From Patellaria atrata CBS 101060 (taxonomy: Eukaryota), in assembly GCA_010093705.1 (NCBI GenBank), contig MU006093.1, positions 367,557 through 431,556 of the forward strand: 64,000 nt of DNA, written 5' to 3'. Shown one piece after another: positions 12,950 through 25,883 of the stretch; the stretch's first letter is position 1, and each line of letters opens with the position of its first letter. Under the pieces are notes generated by a model. The model saw only the letters and a list, made by a program, of their open reading frames with translations. It was not told the origin of the DNA and made no database searches. Made by a program: the position numbers and the translations under genes.

Positions 12950-13475
12950 GGAGGAATTTTCTTGAAGGGGGGTTAAAAGGGGGAAGGGAGCGAGGGGGTG
13001 GTAATGGAGGTATGATGATATGATTGTGTCAGGGTGACGGCGTTTTTGGAAGGGCATTGGAGCAGATCTTGTGGCGTTTTCCGTTCGTCGTTTAGTGGGA
13101 AGATATTGAGAAGAATGGGTGTCCGTTCTTGTTATTGGACAGTAATCAGAAGAAACATAGTAGAGCAGAGTAGACTCTGATTGCGGTAAGTACTGGGTTG
13201 TAGACTATAGTATGAGAATATTCGATGGAGCTTTTTTATATTTTTGAAAACATTACAATTATTATATTAAGCCTCATGGACTTCAACTTAATAATAAGCT
13301 ATGGAAAGTTAAATTTTCACATCTCATAAAGAGGGGAGGAAGGTGTTTGAAGTGACATCGGAAGTCCTAAAATCCGGCGTTTCCGTTTTGGGAAATCTGA
13401 GATCACGTCAACTCAAGCTCTCACCGACGCTTTCCACACAACATCAGCATTCTCAATAACATTCCACATAGAACC

Positions 13476-15875
13476 ATGGCGCCCGATAGAGGTACTGGAT
13501 CAAATCCGTCCAAACTTTCAACCATAGAGTCCGAATACACGAACAGCTCAAGGGCTGATAACGACTATGACGACGAAATCGATGAAGCAAACCCCGACCA
13601 CTCCAACTCCCATACCCCCGCCGAACCTCAAAATGACCTCGCGAGACGAGCAAGCGAACCTCAAAACTTCACTCTCCGCGGTGTGCTAGTAGGCCTCGCA
13701 ATTGGCGTCGTAATCTGCTTCTCAAATACCTACTTCGGTCTCCAAACCGGCTGGATCAGCGGGATGGCGATGCCCTCTGCTCTGATCGGCTTCGCGTACT
13801 TCAAGCTCGTCTCGCGCCTTCTCAGCTACCCCTTCACGCCCGTCGAGAATGTGCTCGTACAGTCGGTTGCTGGGTCTGTCGGGACGATGCCGTTGGGCTG
13901 CGGGTTCGTCGGGGTCATCCCCGCGCTGGAATTTCTGCTGAAGCCGAAGGAAAACGGGCCGTTGAGTATTAGCTTGTGGAAGTTGATAGTGTGGGCGGTG
14001 GGGATATGCTTTTTTGGGGTTGTTTTTGCGGTTCCGTTGAGGAGGGAGGTGATTATTAGGGAGAAGTTGAAGTTTCCGAGTGGGACTGCTACGGCACTTA
14101 TGATTGGAGTGTTGCATGGGGAGAAGGGGGATGCAGGATTGATGCTGCAACAGAGTCGTGATTTGCCCCTCAGAGGGCAGGAGGACGAAAGTGATCGACT
14201 TCTCCCGGCTGATACGGCGGATCGGTCCCTGGAACTTAGTCGCACTCGGAGCTCTAGAGATGCTGGGCAAGGAGATGAAGTAGAGCTAGGTGCTACTGAT
14301 CATGATGACTGGAAAGTGAAGATCAAACTCCTAACAGTCTCATTCGGGATATCTGCTCTTTATGTACGTATTCTGTCTGCATACTTCGTATCAATAGACC
14401 GTTTCTTCCACGAGCTTATTCGTATCGCAGACCGTTGTATCATACTTCATTCCTCAACTACGTGATCTACCTATATTTGGACTTCCACTTGCTCACAACT
14501 GGTTATGGACTTTCAATCCATCTCCAGCATACGTAGCCCAAGGGATCATCATGGGTCCCTCAACGACTCTTCACATGCTGTTCGGAGCGATCATTGGCTG
14601 GGGTGTTCTCTCACCTCTAGCAAAGAGTAAAGGTTGGGCTCCCGGCCCAGTCAGCGACTGGACGACCGGTAGTAAAGGATGGATCGTTTGGGTAAGTCTC
14701 GCAATTATGCTTGCCGACTCCTTCGTCAGCCTCGGCTGGGTCATCCTCCGTCCAACAATGTCGATAATCCGCGATTACTACCCCGAAGCCCGTCGAGCAT
14801 TCCAAGAGCACTCCTGGAAAGAGATATTTACCTTTCAGATCCGTCTGAATAAGGGCTACTCCGCCCTCCGCCCAATCATTACCCCCAACGACCTCTCCCT
14901 AACCAAAAGCGTAACAAACGGCCCAGAAGAAGACGCACCACCGGAACATCTGATCTCCACCCGCACGACCCTAATCGGCCTCATCCTCTCCCTCTCCCTC
15001 TGCATCGCAGCAGTCCACTACTCCTTCGCCGGCCTGATCCCCCTCCTCCTCACCCTCCTCGCCTTGGTCCTCGCCCTCCTCCTCTCCGTAATGGGCGTCC
15101 GCGCCCTCGGCGAAACAGACCTCAACCCCGTCTCCGGCATCTCAAAACTTACCCAACTCCTCTTCGCCCTCGTCACCCCGCGCGGGTCCAAAAACGCAAT
15201 CATCGTCAACCTGCTCGCGGGCGCTTTGTCCGAGTCCGGCGCCCTGCAAGCCGGTGACCTTATGCAGGATCTGAAAGCAGGACACCTCCTCGGCGCGGCC
15301 CCGAGCGCACAGTTCTACGGCCAACTCATAGGAAGCGCCGTCGGTGCCGTCCTGAGCGCGGGAGTATATAGGCTCTATACGAATGTTTATCAGGTCCCCG
15401 GCGGCCAGTTCCAGATCCCGACGGGGTATGTGTGGGTTTTCACCGCGCGGCTGGTCACGGGGCAGGGGCTGCCGCCGATGGTGCCGGAGTGGGCGCTCGG
15501 CGCCGGTGTGCTGTTTGCTGTCACGACTACGGTGAGGACATGGGGGGCCAGGACGGGGTGGGGGGGTGTGAGGTTTGTGCCGGGGGGGATTGCTGTCGCT
15601 GTTGGTATGTTTACCTTTTGTTATTGCCACTTACTGTGACTGCTCACCGTAACTTGGATTCGACTCATTCAAACTGACGCTTGGAAGGCATGTATAACGT
15701 CCCCTCCTTCACGCTAGCCCGCACGATCGGCGGGTTGATACACCTGTACTGGCATACCTATCTAGGCCGCGAGGAGACGCCCGTTATTATTCTAGCCAGC
15801 GGACTGATACTCGGGGAGGGCCTGTTCAGCATTGTTAATCTGCTTTTGGCGAGCTTTGGCGTCCCGCATCTTTAA
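13476..15875 (+). CDS. OPT-superfamily oligopeptide/metal-chelate transporter (YSL-like, yeast YGL114W type), 3 exons
   Basis: NTYFGLQTGW, ENVLVQSVA, LKFPSGTATA, RALGETDLNPVSG and LMQDLKAGHLLGA motifs; many TM segments. Confidence 0.92.
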
Positions 15876-16239
15876 TCCCAGTTTGTCTGTATCTTAGGAA
15901 TTGTCGGTATACTTTTTACCCGACACGTTCGACATAGGTGTCTCGATGTACAGCCAGGTTTCTCTAAATATTCATGTCTCGTTATAGTACCAGCGGCTGT
16001 GTAATCTCCTTCGGGGACCCCATCTCATCACGCGTATAGATCATTCAAAGTCCTCTTCATCCCAGTCGACATATCATTCAGCAGTCAAGCTAATCCTGAC
16101 CAACTGTAAATCACCGCATCATTAGTCTAGACCAAATATACCATCACACGGGTATATAGCATAAACACACATCCCAAATCACAACACCACAATAACCAAA
16201 CAAACCCCAAACGCCATCCATATCACCCATCTCGCCCCC

Positions 16240-18606
16240 TCACCCTCCCCCATACCTAACCCCCGTCCCCACCCTGCCCTTCCTCCCCCCCTCCTCCTCA
16301 AACACCAACTCCACCCTCCCCTCCCCCGCCACCTGCACCCTAACCCTCCTCCTCAGCGTCCCCAGAACCGCAATCCCCGCACACGTATCCCGCAGCGCCC
16401 ATCTCGGCGGCGCACTCCCCAGCGCCAACGCCGCCAGCTCCGCAAACGTATCCCAACAGCCGCCCGTCTTGCGCGTCCAAGCTAGGACGTAAAAGGTGTG
16501 CGCGCAAGCGAGCACGATGTACGAAGCCAGCACGACCAACGCGAGGGAGTCGGACGTGGAGCGCACTCCGTAGCCAAAGCCGGTGACGGCCTGGCGCATG
16601 TGGAGGGTCGTGTAGCGGGCGTTATCGGCGGGGGGGAGGGTCGGGCTCCAGGCGCGGAGATCGACGGGTTCATAGGGGTTGGGGCGGTTGGTGTAGAAGA
16701 GCGGGCGCCAGGTGTCGGTTCGCCCGCTGTTTTCGGTTGTTGGGGTGGTGTCCCAGGTCCGGAAGGCCCCGGTCCGGGAGAGGGCGTCAGCGAAGAGGGT
16801 CGCGAGGACGTGTTCGAGGTAGCGCAGCGCGTAGGCGTCGCCGACTTCGACGTAGGTGTCTGCGTACTTGAAGCCGGCGGTCGCGAGGAGCGTTTCGAGA
16901 ACGGAGCCGTTCGGGGCGCTGGCGGTATGGTGGGCGGATGGGATGGTGGTGAGGGTGGTGAGCCAGGCGGGCGAGACGGTGATGGGGTGCCAGGAGCCGT
17001 TGATGGGGAGGAAGGTCGTGCGGAAGAGGGGGTTGAGCACGTCGGGCCAGGTTGGCGCGGCGGGGGAGCGGAGGATGTCGGATTGGAAGGCGACAAAGTC
17101 GGTCCAGACGTCTGCGGCGGCCCAGCGGGCGTCCACGGAACAGGCGGAGAGGACGCGGGTTGTGGTGCTTTTCCAGGGGAATTCGACGACGATGCCGGCG
17201 GTTACGGTGCCCCAGTCTTCTGTCTCGACAGAGCTGGGGTCGAGAACGGTGGCTCGGGTTTGGTTTGAGGGACCGTAGCTGGCTAGTGCGTCTATGGAGA
17301 TGTTCTGGAGACCGACGTATGCACCGTGCAGATTGTAGGATGGGTGGAATTCTGGCATGGCTGGAAATAACAGAGAGGTGGAGTTAATGTCGACTGTTGC
17401 ACTGCGACATGTCACTCGAACAACTGGTACGGAAGATCGAATTGTCGTTATCTGGGTTGAGAAGTACTGAAAGCGTGAGAGTGGAGAGCTTCGCTTGTGG
17501 AAAAGTGGCGCATTAATCGCTGCCAGATACCAGTCGCTCCTTAGTCTTCGTGGTAGGTTAATAGTTGGGCCGTGAGTAGCGGCCATGTAAGTCTCCCTAG
17601 AACTTGCCCAATGACCAATTGCGCCGGTGATGGTTTGGGGCGCCATATGATTGTTTTTGCTTCTTACGAGGATGCCGTCTCCTAGAGCAAAACCACTTTG
17701 TCCGTCCGTCACCCGACGAAACTTTTGTCGGTCGTCTATCAACTCTTCGAGTTCAAGCTGCGAGTATAGTGTCCCTTGTCGGCTTGAAGAGTTACCAATA
17801 GCAGCCGAGGCAAAATGGTCCATTAAGGGCAAGAAACCACCAGTAGGACAAACTGCACTTAAGTATCCTTTACTAGACTGACAATCAATGCTTTCCCCAA
17901 AATCGTTCGTGTAATTGGGCATATAGTGTGACATTTCCACGTGTCTAGGCCATAATTCTTCTCTCGATCCGTTGATATAGAATTCCGTGGACCCTGCCGG
18001 GTACACTATCTGCCGGGGTATAATAAGAATAGCGGTTGCAGGTCCTGCTGTTGCTGCAATAAAGCCACAGAATACTATCAACAAAGATATCGACCAATTC
18101 GATATACTAGAAATTCCAGCAAGGAACTCAGGGGACCAGAAAAAACTGGCCTGGGTGAACGTCAGGCCCGAACCATATAGTCCAAAAGGGAGCCCGTTAT
18201 TGAGTAGATCATGCCTGATTCGGTGGAAGAGGACGGTCCCCACACTAGCAACCATGAGTAGTTCTTGGGCTTTCGCCGCTACCTGCAGAAGAGCCATGTT
18301 TATAGGGGTCGAATCCTGCGGGCCTGCCAATTCAGCGCCAATGAAGTATCCAGTCATATTGATAGCGATTATTGCGACTGAGACGGTTAAAGGTATTATG
18401 TGTACGGTACTTCTTGACAAGGCGACCCAAAAGGACTTTTGAATGACTGTTTTTCGTTGTTCTGATGAATGTAGGCCGGTGAAGGGTCGCAAGATCGAAA
18501 GTGAAAGGAAGTCGAGGCCCAATGCTCGAAGAACATAACGGATCTGAAGGTTCTTCTTCAAGGATATCTTGAAATAGCCCTTTGAGGGCCGATTAGGAGA
18601 GGTCAT
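16240..18606 (-). CDS. Uncharacterised fungal membrane protein (N-terminal TM helices, large probably extracellular domain, C-terminal TM)
   Basis: Single long ORF, probable ATG at 18606 (MTSPNRPSK); hydrophobic segments at both ends; several N-glycosylation sequons. Confidence 0.75.
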   Translation of the reverse strand: MTSPNRPSKGYFKISLKKNLQIRYVLRALGLDFLSLSILRPFTGLHSSEQRKTVIQKSFWVALSRSTVHIIPLTVSVAIIAINMTGYFIGAELAGPQDSTPINMALLQVAAKAQELLMVASVGTVLFHRIRHDLLNNGLPFGLYGSGLTFTQASFFWSPEFLAGISSISNWSISLLIVFCGFIAATAGPATAILIIPRQIVYPAGSTEFYINGSREELWPRHVEMSHYMPNYTNDFGESIDCQSSKGYLSAVCPTGGFLPLMDHFASAAIGNSSSRQGTLYSQLELEELIDDRQKFRRVTDGQSGFALGDGILVRSKNNHMAPQTITGAIGHWASSRETYMAATHGPTINLPRRLRSDWYLAAINAPLFHKRSSPLSRFQYFSTQITTIRSSVPVVRVTCRSATVDINSTSLLFPAMPEFHPSYNLHGAYVGLQNISIDALASYGPSNQTRATVLDPSSVETEDWGTVTAGIVVEFPWKSTTTRVLSACSVDARWAAADVWTDFVAFQSDILRSPAAPTWPDVLNPLFRTTFLPINGSWHPITVSPAWLTTLTTIPSAHHTASAPNGSVLETLLATAGFKYADTYVEVGDAYALRYLEHVLATLFADALSRTGAFRTWDTTPTTENSGRTDTWRPLFYTNRPNPYEPVDLRAWSPTLPPADNARYTTLHMRQAVTGFGYGVRSTSDSLALVVLASYIVLACAHTFYVLAWTRKTGGCWDTFAELAALALGSAPPRWALRDTCAGIAVLGTLRRRVRVQVAGEGRVELVFEEEGGRKGRVGTGVRYGGG

Positions 18607-19574
18607 TCTTCCCGGGGCGGTATAAACTGAATCATAGACATTCAAACGCGGGAATGATAACGAAAGAAGGACGAAATGTGAAGAAATTAAAGCGTAGCGT
18701 GAACTATTCACTAAGGCAGTCTTGATGTAAGGTAAGATATGAACTGAAAAAACATATCAAGGAAAAGGCATTGTAGCTAAAAGAGAAGTTCAGCTGGATA
18801 GATATGCGATGTATTCAAAGCCACAAAGTAACTGGACCAATATCATTCCTCGAAGTGAAGAGTATGCGGAAGAGATGTGTCGCGCATCGAAATCTCGATG
18901 ACACTGAGCGGCACAGTTGCTGCAGGGGTTTGCTGCATACTCCATGATATACAGTACTCCAGCATTCCAGCAAATGTCCGCCACGGCGACCAAATTCAGG
19001 GCTCAGAAACTGAATTCTACAGTACCAATTGTAAAAACATCCAATACATATCCACTCCTTTTCATAGACTGTGCAATTCTATCCCTAGCCATGCGCTGAG
19101 AATGGCTATGTGACTTCGACTGGAGCAAACTTGAGGTCAATTACGGACTGGATCGTTATACGAGGATCTTTACTAGAGTTAAGTTAGATCTGTGCCTTGC
19201 TATGCAGCGCTTCTGGGCCGTTGAGTGCGGGATGACCCTAACCTCCGGACATAGGAAACTAGTGGGATCTCATGGTGATGGGAAAGAAAGGAGTTTGAAG
19301 AAACTGTGCCGCATCAGCCGCTCGCGTCTCGCTCATTTAATCTTCCAAAAAGGGTAATGCCAAGTTATCTGTTGCTTGTGGCGGCGTATGTTGACTGTGA
19401 TAGGACGGGGATCCTGCGTTTTGACCCTTACGATCTGTTGCCGGCGGTTCCCTAGATCTGTTTCATGAAACATCTGCGAAAAACTTGTTGTGAGCAGTAT
19501 ATTTCACAAGGCATTTGGAACATAATAACCCCAAAGTTATCTTTAGAAACTCAGTCTCATGGTACTCTCGTGAC

Positions 19575-20818
19575 CTATAACTTCTCAAACGTAGGTTTCC
19601 GCTTCTGCAAGCCTGAAAGTAACGCATTCTTCACGTCCCTCGTTTGCACCATGGCCGCATTCAACACAGCCGTATACTTCAACCCATCATCAACACTGTG
19701 ATCACGACTCCAGTTCAGCAACTCCTTCGTCGCCACTGCAGCCACAGGACTCTTTTCCGCTATCGTACCTGCGAGCTCAAGGGCGGCAGTCCAGCCTTCC
19801 GTCTTACTTCCATACACCCCACTCACCAGCCCGATGCTGAGAGCTTCGTTAGAGTCAAACACTTTCCCGGTTAGACAAGCGGTCTTTACCCAAGACATGT
19901 TGGAAACCGCCTTTGGGAGCCGCGAGAGCGTTCCTATGTCTGCTGCGAGCCCGATGTCGATTTCTTTGATGGAGAGTCGAGTGGAAGTAGTGGAAAGTCG
20001 GATGTCGGTAGCGAGACATATGTCGAGGGCCAGACCATAGGAAATTCCATGGAGAAGTGTAATAATTGCTGGCAGTGTTAGAATATCTATAAAGGGGAAA
20101 ACTGAAAGGGAAATTACGTTTCTCGCATTTCTCAAGTGCTGTAATGCAGTCTTGGAATTCGAGGATGTGCCGGCGAATATCATTCGCTTTCTAGATAGAC
20201 AGTTGGTATCATAGGATATAAAGACTGGAGAAAACTCGCGAAAAGTCTGGAATTGCGTGCAACAGGGAGGTATACTCTGGCCACGTCTATATCTGGTGAG
20301 TTACCGCTCAGGAGACCCTGAGATGCTGCTTGCACATCCAGTCCAGCGGTGAAGGCACGATCACCAGCACCAGTTAAAATTATACAGCGAACTTCGGGGT
20401 CGTAGGACATGCGTCTTATAAGTTTTGAGAGATTAAGCCACATACTGGGGAATCGTCAGTATGTGTGTATTCGCTCTGGCGCAAGAGGCCGAAAAGCATT
20501 ATTCTATAGGAATGAATCATATTCCGTAAATTAATTGACTAGTATTAGGCTCTTCTTTCATCAAACATGCATTGAAATCTAGTTCAATTTTGAAGAAAAT
20601 GATATGATTACTGCATAGAACTCTCAAATATTGACGAAAACGAGCGGCAAGTCAGAGAGTACTGGTTGGAAATTGACGTCTTTTCAGAAGTGGGATCGAG
20701 GTACATACATCTCTATAAATGCGTTTAACTTATCAGGTCGGTTGATCTCGACATGGGCGACATATTGTTTGGGGAATGAAACGTTGAAGTACTCATACTG
20801 GTACGACTCGGAAGACAT
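19575..20818 (-). CDS. ECH1: Delta(3,5)-Delta(2,4)-dienoyl-CoA isomerase (crotonase/enoyl-CoA hydratase family), 4 exons
   Basis: VEINRPDKLNAF, ILTGAGDRAFTAGLD, RRHILEFQDCITALEKCEKP (exon recovered by hand) and KEIDIGLAADIGTLSRLPK. C-terminal PTS1-like ...FEKL. Confidence 0.88.
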
Positions 20819-21915
20819 GTTGACTAGGTGGGAAGATCACCTCAGAGATTGTATAGAAAGTAGAGGTGGTAATCGGGGAGGGTCAAAGTTGAACCGTTGC
20901 TCCTAAAGTGTAAAATGCGGTTCTTTCATACATTTTTTGTGTATAAGGATGAAATATAGAAGCTTTAGTGTATGCTGAGGTGAGATGCCGAGGTCCAGGA
21001 CAAGTAACCAGCATCTGACCTCCTTTGAACTGGGTTATCTCAGAGAGCGTCGGCCTCATCAGGATGACTTCTTCATTGCTGTACACTTTGTATCTATTGG
21101 CTTACTATGAGTATGGTATTTGGTTTGTTCCCATCCATATTACATCAATTAGTCCAGTTGTTATGTACTTTCGTACGATTACCTAAGACCCTCGTCTTTC
21201 GAAATTGAATACCTTTAGAGGACTCAACTTAGCAGAAGTGCGGTATCTTGTTCAGTCTTCCAGGGGGATCATAAGGCGATAAACAATCCGGTGACTCGAA
21301 CAAATTGAATTCTTATTGATGAATTAATCCAAGTAAGGGGAAATTTACAGAGTGTTCAGGTTGCGAATAAATGCATCGAACATCTGATTAGAAGTAGGCT
21401 TATCCCAATTGGGAAAATTGCCGCCTACCTAACCTCAAACTTTTGTCGCGTCTCTTCCTATATTCAACTCACACTTAGATCATACTAGCACTTTCAACTA
21501 ATGTCTTACGAAGTTTATATATCAATTTCATCGATTAATAGCGTGTTATATACCCAGATTTCAGTCTTATAGGCTCTTCTGCCAACGGTTTTTCGTGTAG
21601 TATAATCCTTTCAAGGTCCATATCTACGCCCCTTTCCGATTCCATTGTCGACATTTTACGTTCTTGTTCTTACCTGTCAGTCCAAGGGTTTGATTCAGTC
21701 ACTTATTATTGGGAAATTTTACGACCTATCATTCTATTACACACTGTAAGATTGGACACAGAGCAGGAAGATTCGCGCATTGGATTTCCCACCAGAAACT
21801 CCCTGTTCTGCTCTTTTGCATCAGTCGAATCGTCTTCCTTTTCCGTAAAGCTATGCTCTGTCTCTTGTGATCTCACTCTCCTTTCTCCATCACACACATT
21901 TCCCAAGTCGACGTC

Positions 21916-23253
21916 ATGAATCCGTTCAGAAGGTTCCATAATTTCCGATATGAAAGGCTTCCAGGCGGTACATATACGGTGAGAAAGCTGCCATCTTCCA
22001 CCATCAAGCTTTCACTCATGTTTGGCATTTTCTATATCTTGACCCTTCTACTCGTCCGACATTACTCCTGGCGGGATCCCACATCAGTCTTCTTCGATCC
22101 CGAGACGGCCTACGATCCAATATATTCCGTAGTTCGAGAAAAGCAAGCTGTAGAATTCATGCAGCAGTTCCACGGATTTCCCGGAGGTAACGACAAACCC
22201 GGAGGCAAGAAGATCTGTCTCGGGATGGCCTCCATCGCGCGCAAAGGCGTGCGATACTTCCGCGCTGCCGTGGGTTCCCTGCTCGACGGTCTAGACGAAA
22301 TAGAGCGATCTCAGATCCATCTCATCCTCTTTATCGCACATACGGACCCGAGTGTCCATCCCGCCTACAATGAATCCTGGCTGCACGACGCGGCAGATAC
22401 CGTCCTGCTCTATGACCTCGATCCCGACACCCTCTCCCACGTCCGCGCCCTCGAAACCTCCGGCTTCACGCAGGAAAAAGCGCTGTTCGACTACAACTAC
22501 CTGCTCCAGTCCTGCATCGCGACCGAGCTACCCTACATCGCGATGATGGAAGACGACATCCTGGCCCTGGACGGCTGGTTCCACCGCACCCGGTCCGCGC
22601 TCGAGATGGCGGAGTCCCGCTCCGAGAAACCCTTCCTCTACCTCCGCCTCTTCTACACCGAGCAGTTTCTGGGATGGAACAGCGAGAACTGGGCGATCTA
22701 CTTTTTCTGGTCTCTCTGGACCGTGCTCATCCCGACTTCAGCGCTGCTCCTCATCCGCCGATGCGCGCCTAATTACCACGCCATGCTCTCCGATCGCCGA
22801 ATCTTCATGCTCACCTTCGTCTGCATCCCGCTGTGCATATTACTCTTCTTTGCCGCCGGGCGCGCCACGGTCCTTCCCATCCCCGCGGGCGTGAACCAAA
22901 TGAACGACTTCGCCTGCTGTGGGCAAGGCCTCGTGTTTCCCCAGGTGAAAGCCCAGAATCTGTCTCGATGGTACGAGATGAATCTCGCCTACTTCGACGT
23001 CAGAAAGAATGGGTTAGCGGACATGTTGACCGAGGAATATGCAAAGGAGCACGAGGAAGTGCGGTGGGCGATTACACCGAATGTGATTCAACACGTCGGG
23101 CGCAAGAGCACGAAGCAGAAGGACCAGAGTGATAGGCCACACCCGCTGACAGAGGCGGAGAAGATGTTCAATTTTAAATTTGAATTGAATGATGCAGGAC
23201 GCTTGCGGCGGGAGCACGAGCGGGTTTTGAGGGAGATGAAGGCGGGAAAGTAG
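21916..23253 (+). CDS. Membrane-bound GT-A-fold glycosyltransferase-like protein (PGAP4-like fungal family)
   Basis: N-terminal TM; 'YIAMMEDD' acidic motif; 'YLRLFYTEQFLGWNSE' followed by two internal TM helices; 'CCGQGLVFP' and 'IQHVGRKS'. Confidence 0.7.
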   Translation: MNPFRRFHNFRYERLPGGTYTVRKLPSSTIKLSLMFGIFYILTLLLVRHYSWRDPTSVFFDPETAYDPIYSVVREKQAVEFMQQFHGFPGGNDKPGGKKICLGMASIARKGVRYFRAAVGSLLDGLDEIERSQIHLILFIAHTDPSVHPAYNESWLHDAADTVLLYDLDPDTLSHVRALETSGFTQEKALFDYNYLLQSCIATELPYIAMMEDDILALDGWFHRTRSALEMAESRSEKPFLYLRLFYTEQFLGWNSENWAIYFFWSLWTVLIPTSALLLIRRCAPNYHAMLSDRRIFMLTFVCIPLCILLFFAAGRATVLPIPAGVNQMNDFACCGQGLVFPQVKAQNLSRWYEMNLAYFDVRKNGLADMLTEEYAKEHEEVRWAITPNVIQHVGRKSTKQKDQSDRPHPLTEAEKMFNFKFELNDAGRLRREHERVLREMKAGK

Positions 23254-23548
23254 GCATGATTGATGGATACCCTGTGATTAACAGTAATGCGATATAAGTC
23301 TTTTGCCTCACTATTCACCACAATATTCTGATCCTGAGCTGAAAGCTTTTGAAAGAACCGGTTCCGCTCATTCATATCATTCAATGTGTTTTTGAAATTC
23401 GTACAATGCATTTTCTGAAAGCTCCCTACCCGTAAAGGAACTGCCGAACAGTCCAGTAATCGGAATTCACGTGCCGGATCTGCATCCATATATGCGATCT
23501 CCTTTACAAAATCCCAGTATCTCCCCTACCTCCCACATTTCAGTCATT

Positions 23549-24891
23549 CTAACCGCTAGCCATGACTCCCCAAGCCCTGATCTTATTATCGGTATAGCCG
23601 GCAAATAGGGTTTGACCATCTGCGCTCCACGCCAACGAGATGCATTCTGGTTCTCTGCTCTTCTTGCCAACCTCCAAGTATTCGGGCTTAAGTTCATCAA
23701 CCTTGCTCTTCTTCTCGAGATCGAATATGATGATGCTCGAAGCCGTGGCAGCGCACAGCCAGTAACGGTTGGGGGAGAAGACGAGCGCGTGGATCTCGTC
23801 GCCAGCGGTAAGGGAGTAGAGGTGTTTTGACTCGTTAAGATCCCAAAGCATGGTGGTACCGTCCTTACCACCAGAGGCGCAGAGAGAGCCGTCGGGAGAG
23901 ATGGTAACTGTGTTGATGTATCCAGTATGGCCGGTGTGGTCGGTTTGAATGCGGCACGAGGCAAGTTCCCAGACCTATCATTTCGTCAGTCAACAACATT
24001 TACTTATTGTGATCGGATGATAATGGTAAGAGGTCGATTCAGTATCAGAGCGGTTGGTGAAAAATGTTCTCATAGCTCGAAGGCTCTGAAGTAGCAAATA
24101 CTTAAAATTTCGCATAGCATCATTTGGGAGTAAACCGACCTCCACCAAGAAACCAATTTAAAAGAAGACGTCTACATACCTTGACCATCTTGTCCCATCC
24201 CGCACTGACGATAACAGGGTTCTGAGGGTTGGGGCTGAACCTCACGCAAGATACCCACTCAGTATGACCCTTCTCGGTGATGGTATACTTGCAGTCACCC
24301 AATGTGTTCCACAACTTGATTGTTCTGTCGCGCGAACCCGAGACGATTTGGCGGTTGTCAGCGGAGAAGGAGACGGAGAGGATGTCGTTTGAGTGGCCGA
24401 TGAAGCGGCGGGTGGTGTTGCCGGTTGAGAGCTCCCAGAGACGGAGAGTCTTGTCCCAAGACGAGGAGAGAGCATAGGCACCGTCAGAAGAGATGACCTA
24501 GAAGATGAGCAATTAGCAAATTGAGCTGGGAAGTAACCACTCCCCATGTATCCATGATGTCCTTAGCCGAGGCGTTAGTAAGAAACGAGATTGAGAAAGA
24601 CGTACACAATCCGAAACGAAGTGGGAATGGCCGTGCAGACTCCTCTTTGGGTATCCGTATGAAGATTCATCGCGGGTCAGATTCCAGATTATAAGGGTCT
24701 TGTCGCGACTTCCAGAGAGGAGCATGTTGGGGCTGCATTAATCAATCGTTAACTTATAGTTCAACACAAGTAAACCCTTCCAGAATGTCAAATATCACAG
24801 AACAGACGCACTTCTCCAAGGACGTAGCCAAACTGGTGACCCATCCTGAATGGCCCTCAAGGGTGCCCCTTAGCACGAGTTGCTCACTCAT
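23549..24891 (-). CDS. cpc2: RACK1 / Cpc2 / Asc1 WD40 ribosome-associated protein, 4 exons
   Basis: [51 protein letters not shown] and [14 protein letters not shown]. Confidence 0.97.
24041..24126 (-). ncRNA. snR24: Box C/D snoRNA U24 (snR24) in the last RACK1 intron
   Basis: Minus strand: box C ATGATG (24123-24118); guide TATTTGCTACT + D' CAGA; C'-like ATGAGA; TCACCAA...CTCTGA box D. Flanking stem GAGGTCGGTT/AATCGACCTC. U24 is established as hosted in the ASC1/cpc2 intron in yeasts. Confidence 0.9.
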
Positions 24892-25883
24892 GGTTGGTGG
24901 TGTGCTTTGGCCGACGAAGTGATGAACGGAAACTATAGTGCGCGAGCAGAAATTAGCCTGAGTCAAGATTGCGACTTCTTTGAATTTGGGTCTTACACGA
25001 TCACTACGAAGGACGGATGTAGAGTAGAGGTAAAGATTCGGCGCAAGAACAAAAGTTCGTTGTTGGTGAGGTCGAAACTGTGAGTGTGCGGACCGAATGA
25101 ACTAAACCCGAAGGGGAAGCAGTTAAGCGAATAGCTTCAAGCATTAACTACGCAGTGTTACGGAGTTCAACGAAGCCTTCAAAGTAAGATTGAGAAATCG
25201 CTATATCAGGTCAGATGCAACACTAACAGCATCATGGGCTAGCGTAATATTCTGTTCTTCACGATTAGGTCATCAAGTTCCTAGAGAAACCGTACCGGAA
25301 CCGGTGCTACGGTGTAATTGTTATGTATTTGCTTACTTACTTTCAAGGGGGTTCCGACGTCATGTATAAAAGGTGGAAAATGTAGGATGAGTTTACCCTA
25401 TAGAAATGGAGGTTGGTAGATTATTCAAGCGTACAGATTGTCAACCCCAATCAGGGTGTGATAGTGATTGAATTCAGGAGCATAGCATTCCAGTGACTTT
25501 ATGATACACATATCCCATCTCCATCATTCTATGATCTTAAAGCTCATCTGAAGGGAAATAGAAGTTGGAAATGGAAAGATGCCAAACCGACCGATTCATT
25601 CCACCAACACCATTGTGCCCCGCCATGATTCGCATGAAACCGTAGACACATCATACCGCCGCCGGAAAGTCCACGTAGATGCACAGAAGCCCAACGTCCT
25701 TAAATAGTTCCATACCATAAGAACAAAGTGGCGATGATGATGCTTCTACCGCGCACGTTTCCACACTCTTCTCTCATCACCAACTCTCAACCTCTTGATG
25801 GGGGGTTTTCTTGGTATTACGGGCTTTTCCTGTCCGGTTTCGGAACCGTCCCTAATTGTTTTATCCAAGATCCTCATTATCCT

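Noticed and set aside
16482..17387. Several long overlapping or antisense ORFs (here and at 13722-14270, 15142-15630, 62668-63326)
   Set aside because: These are shadows of GC-rich coding sequence on the other strand or frame, with low-complexity translations and no motifs.
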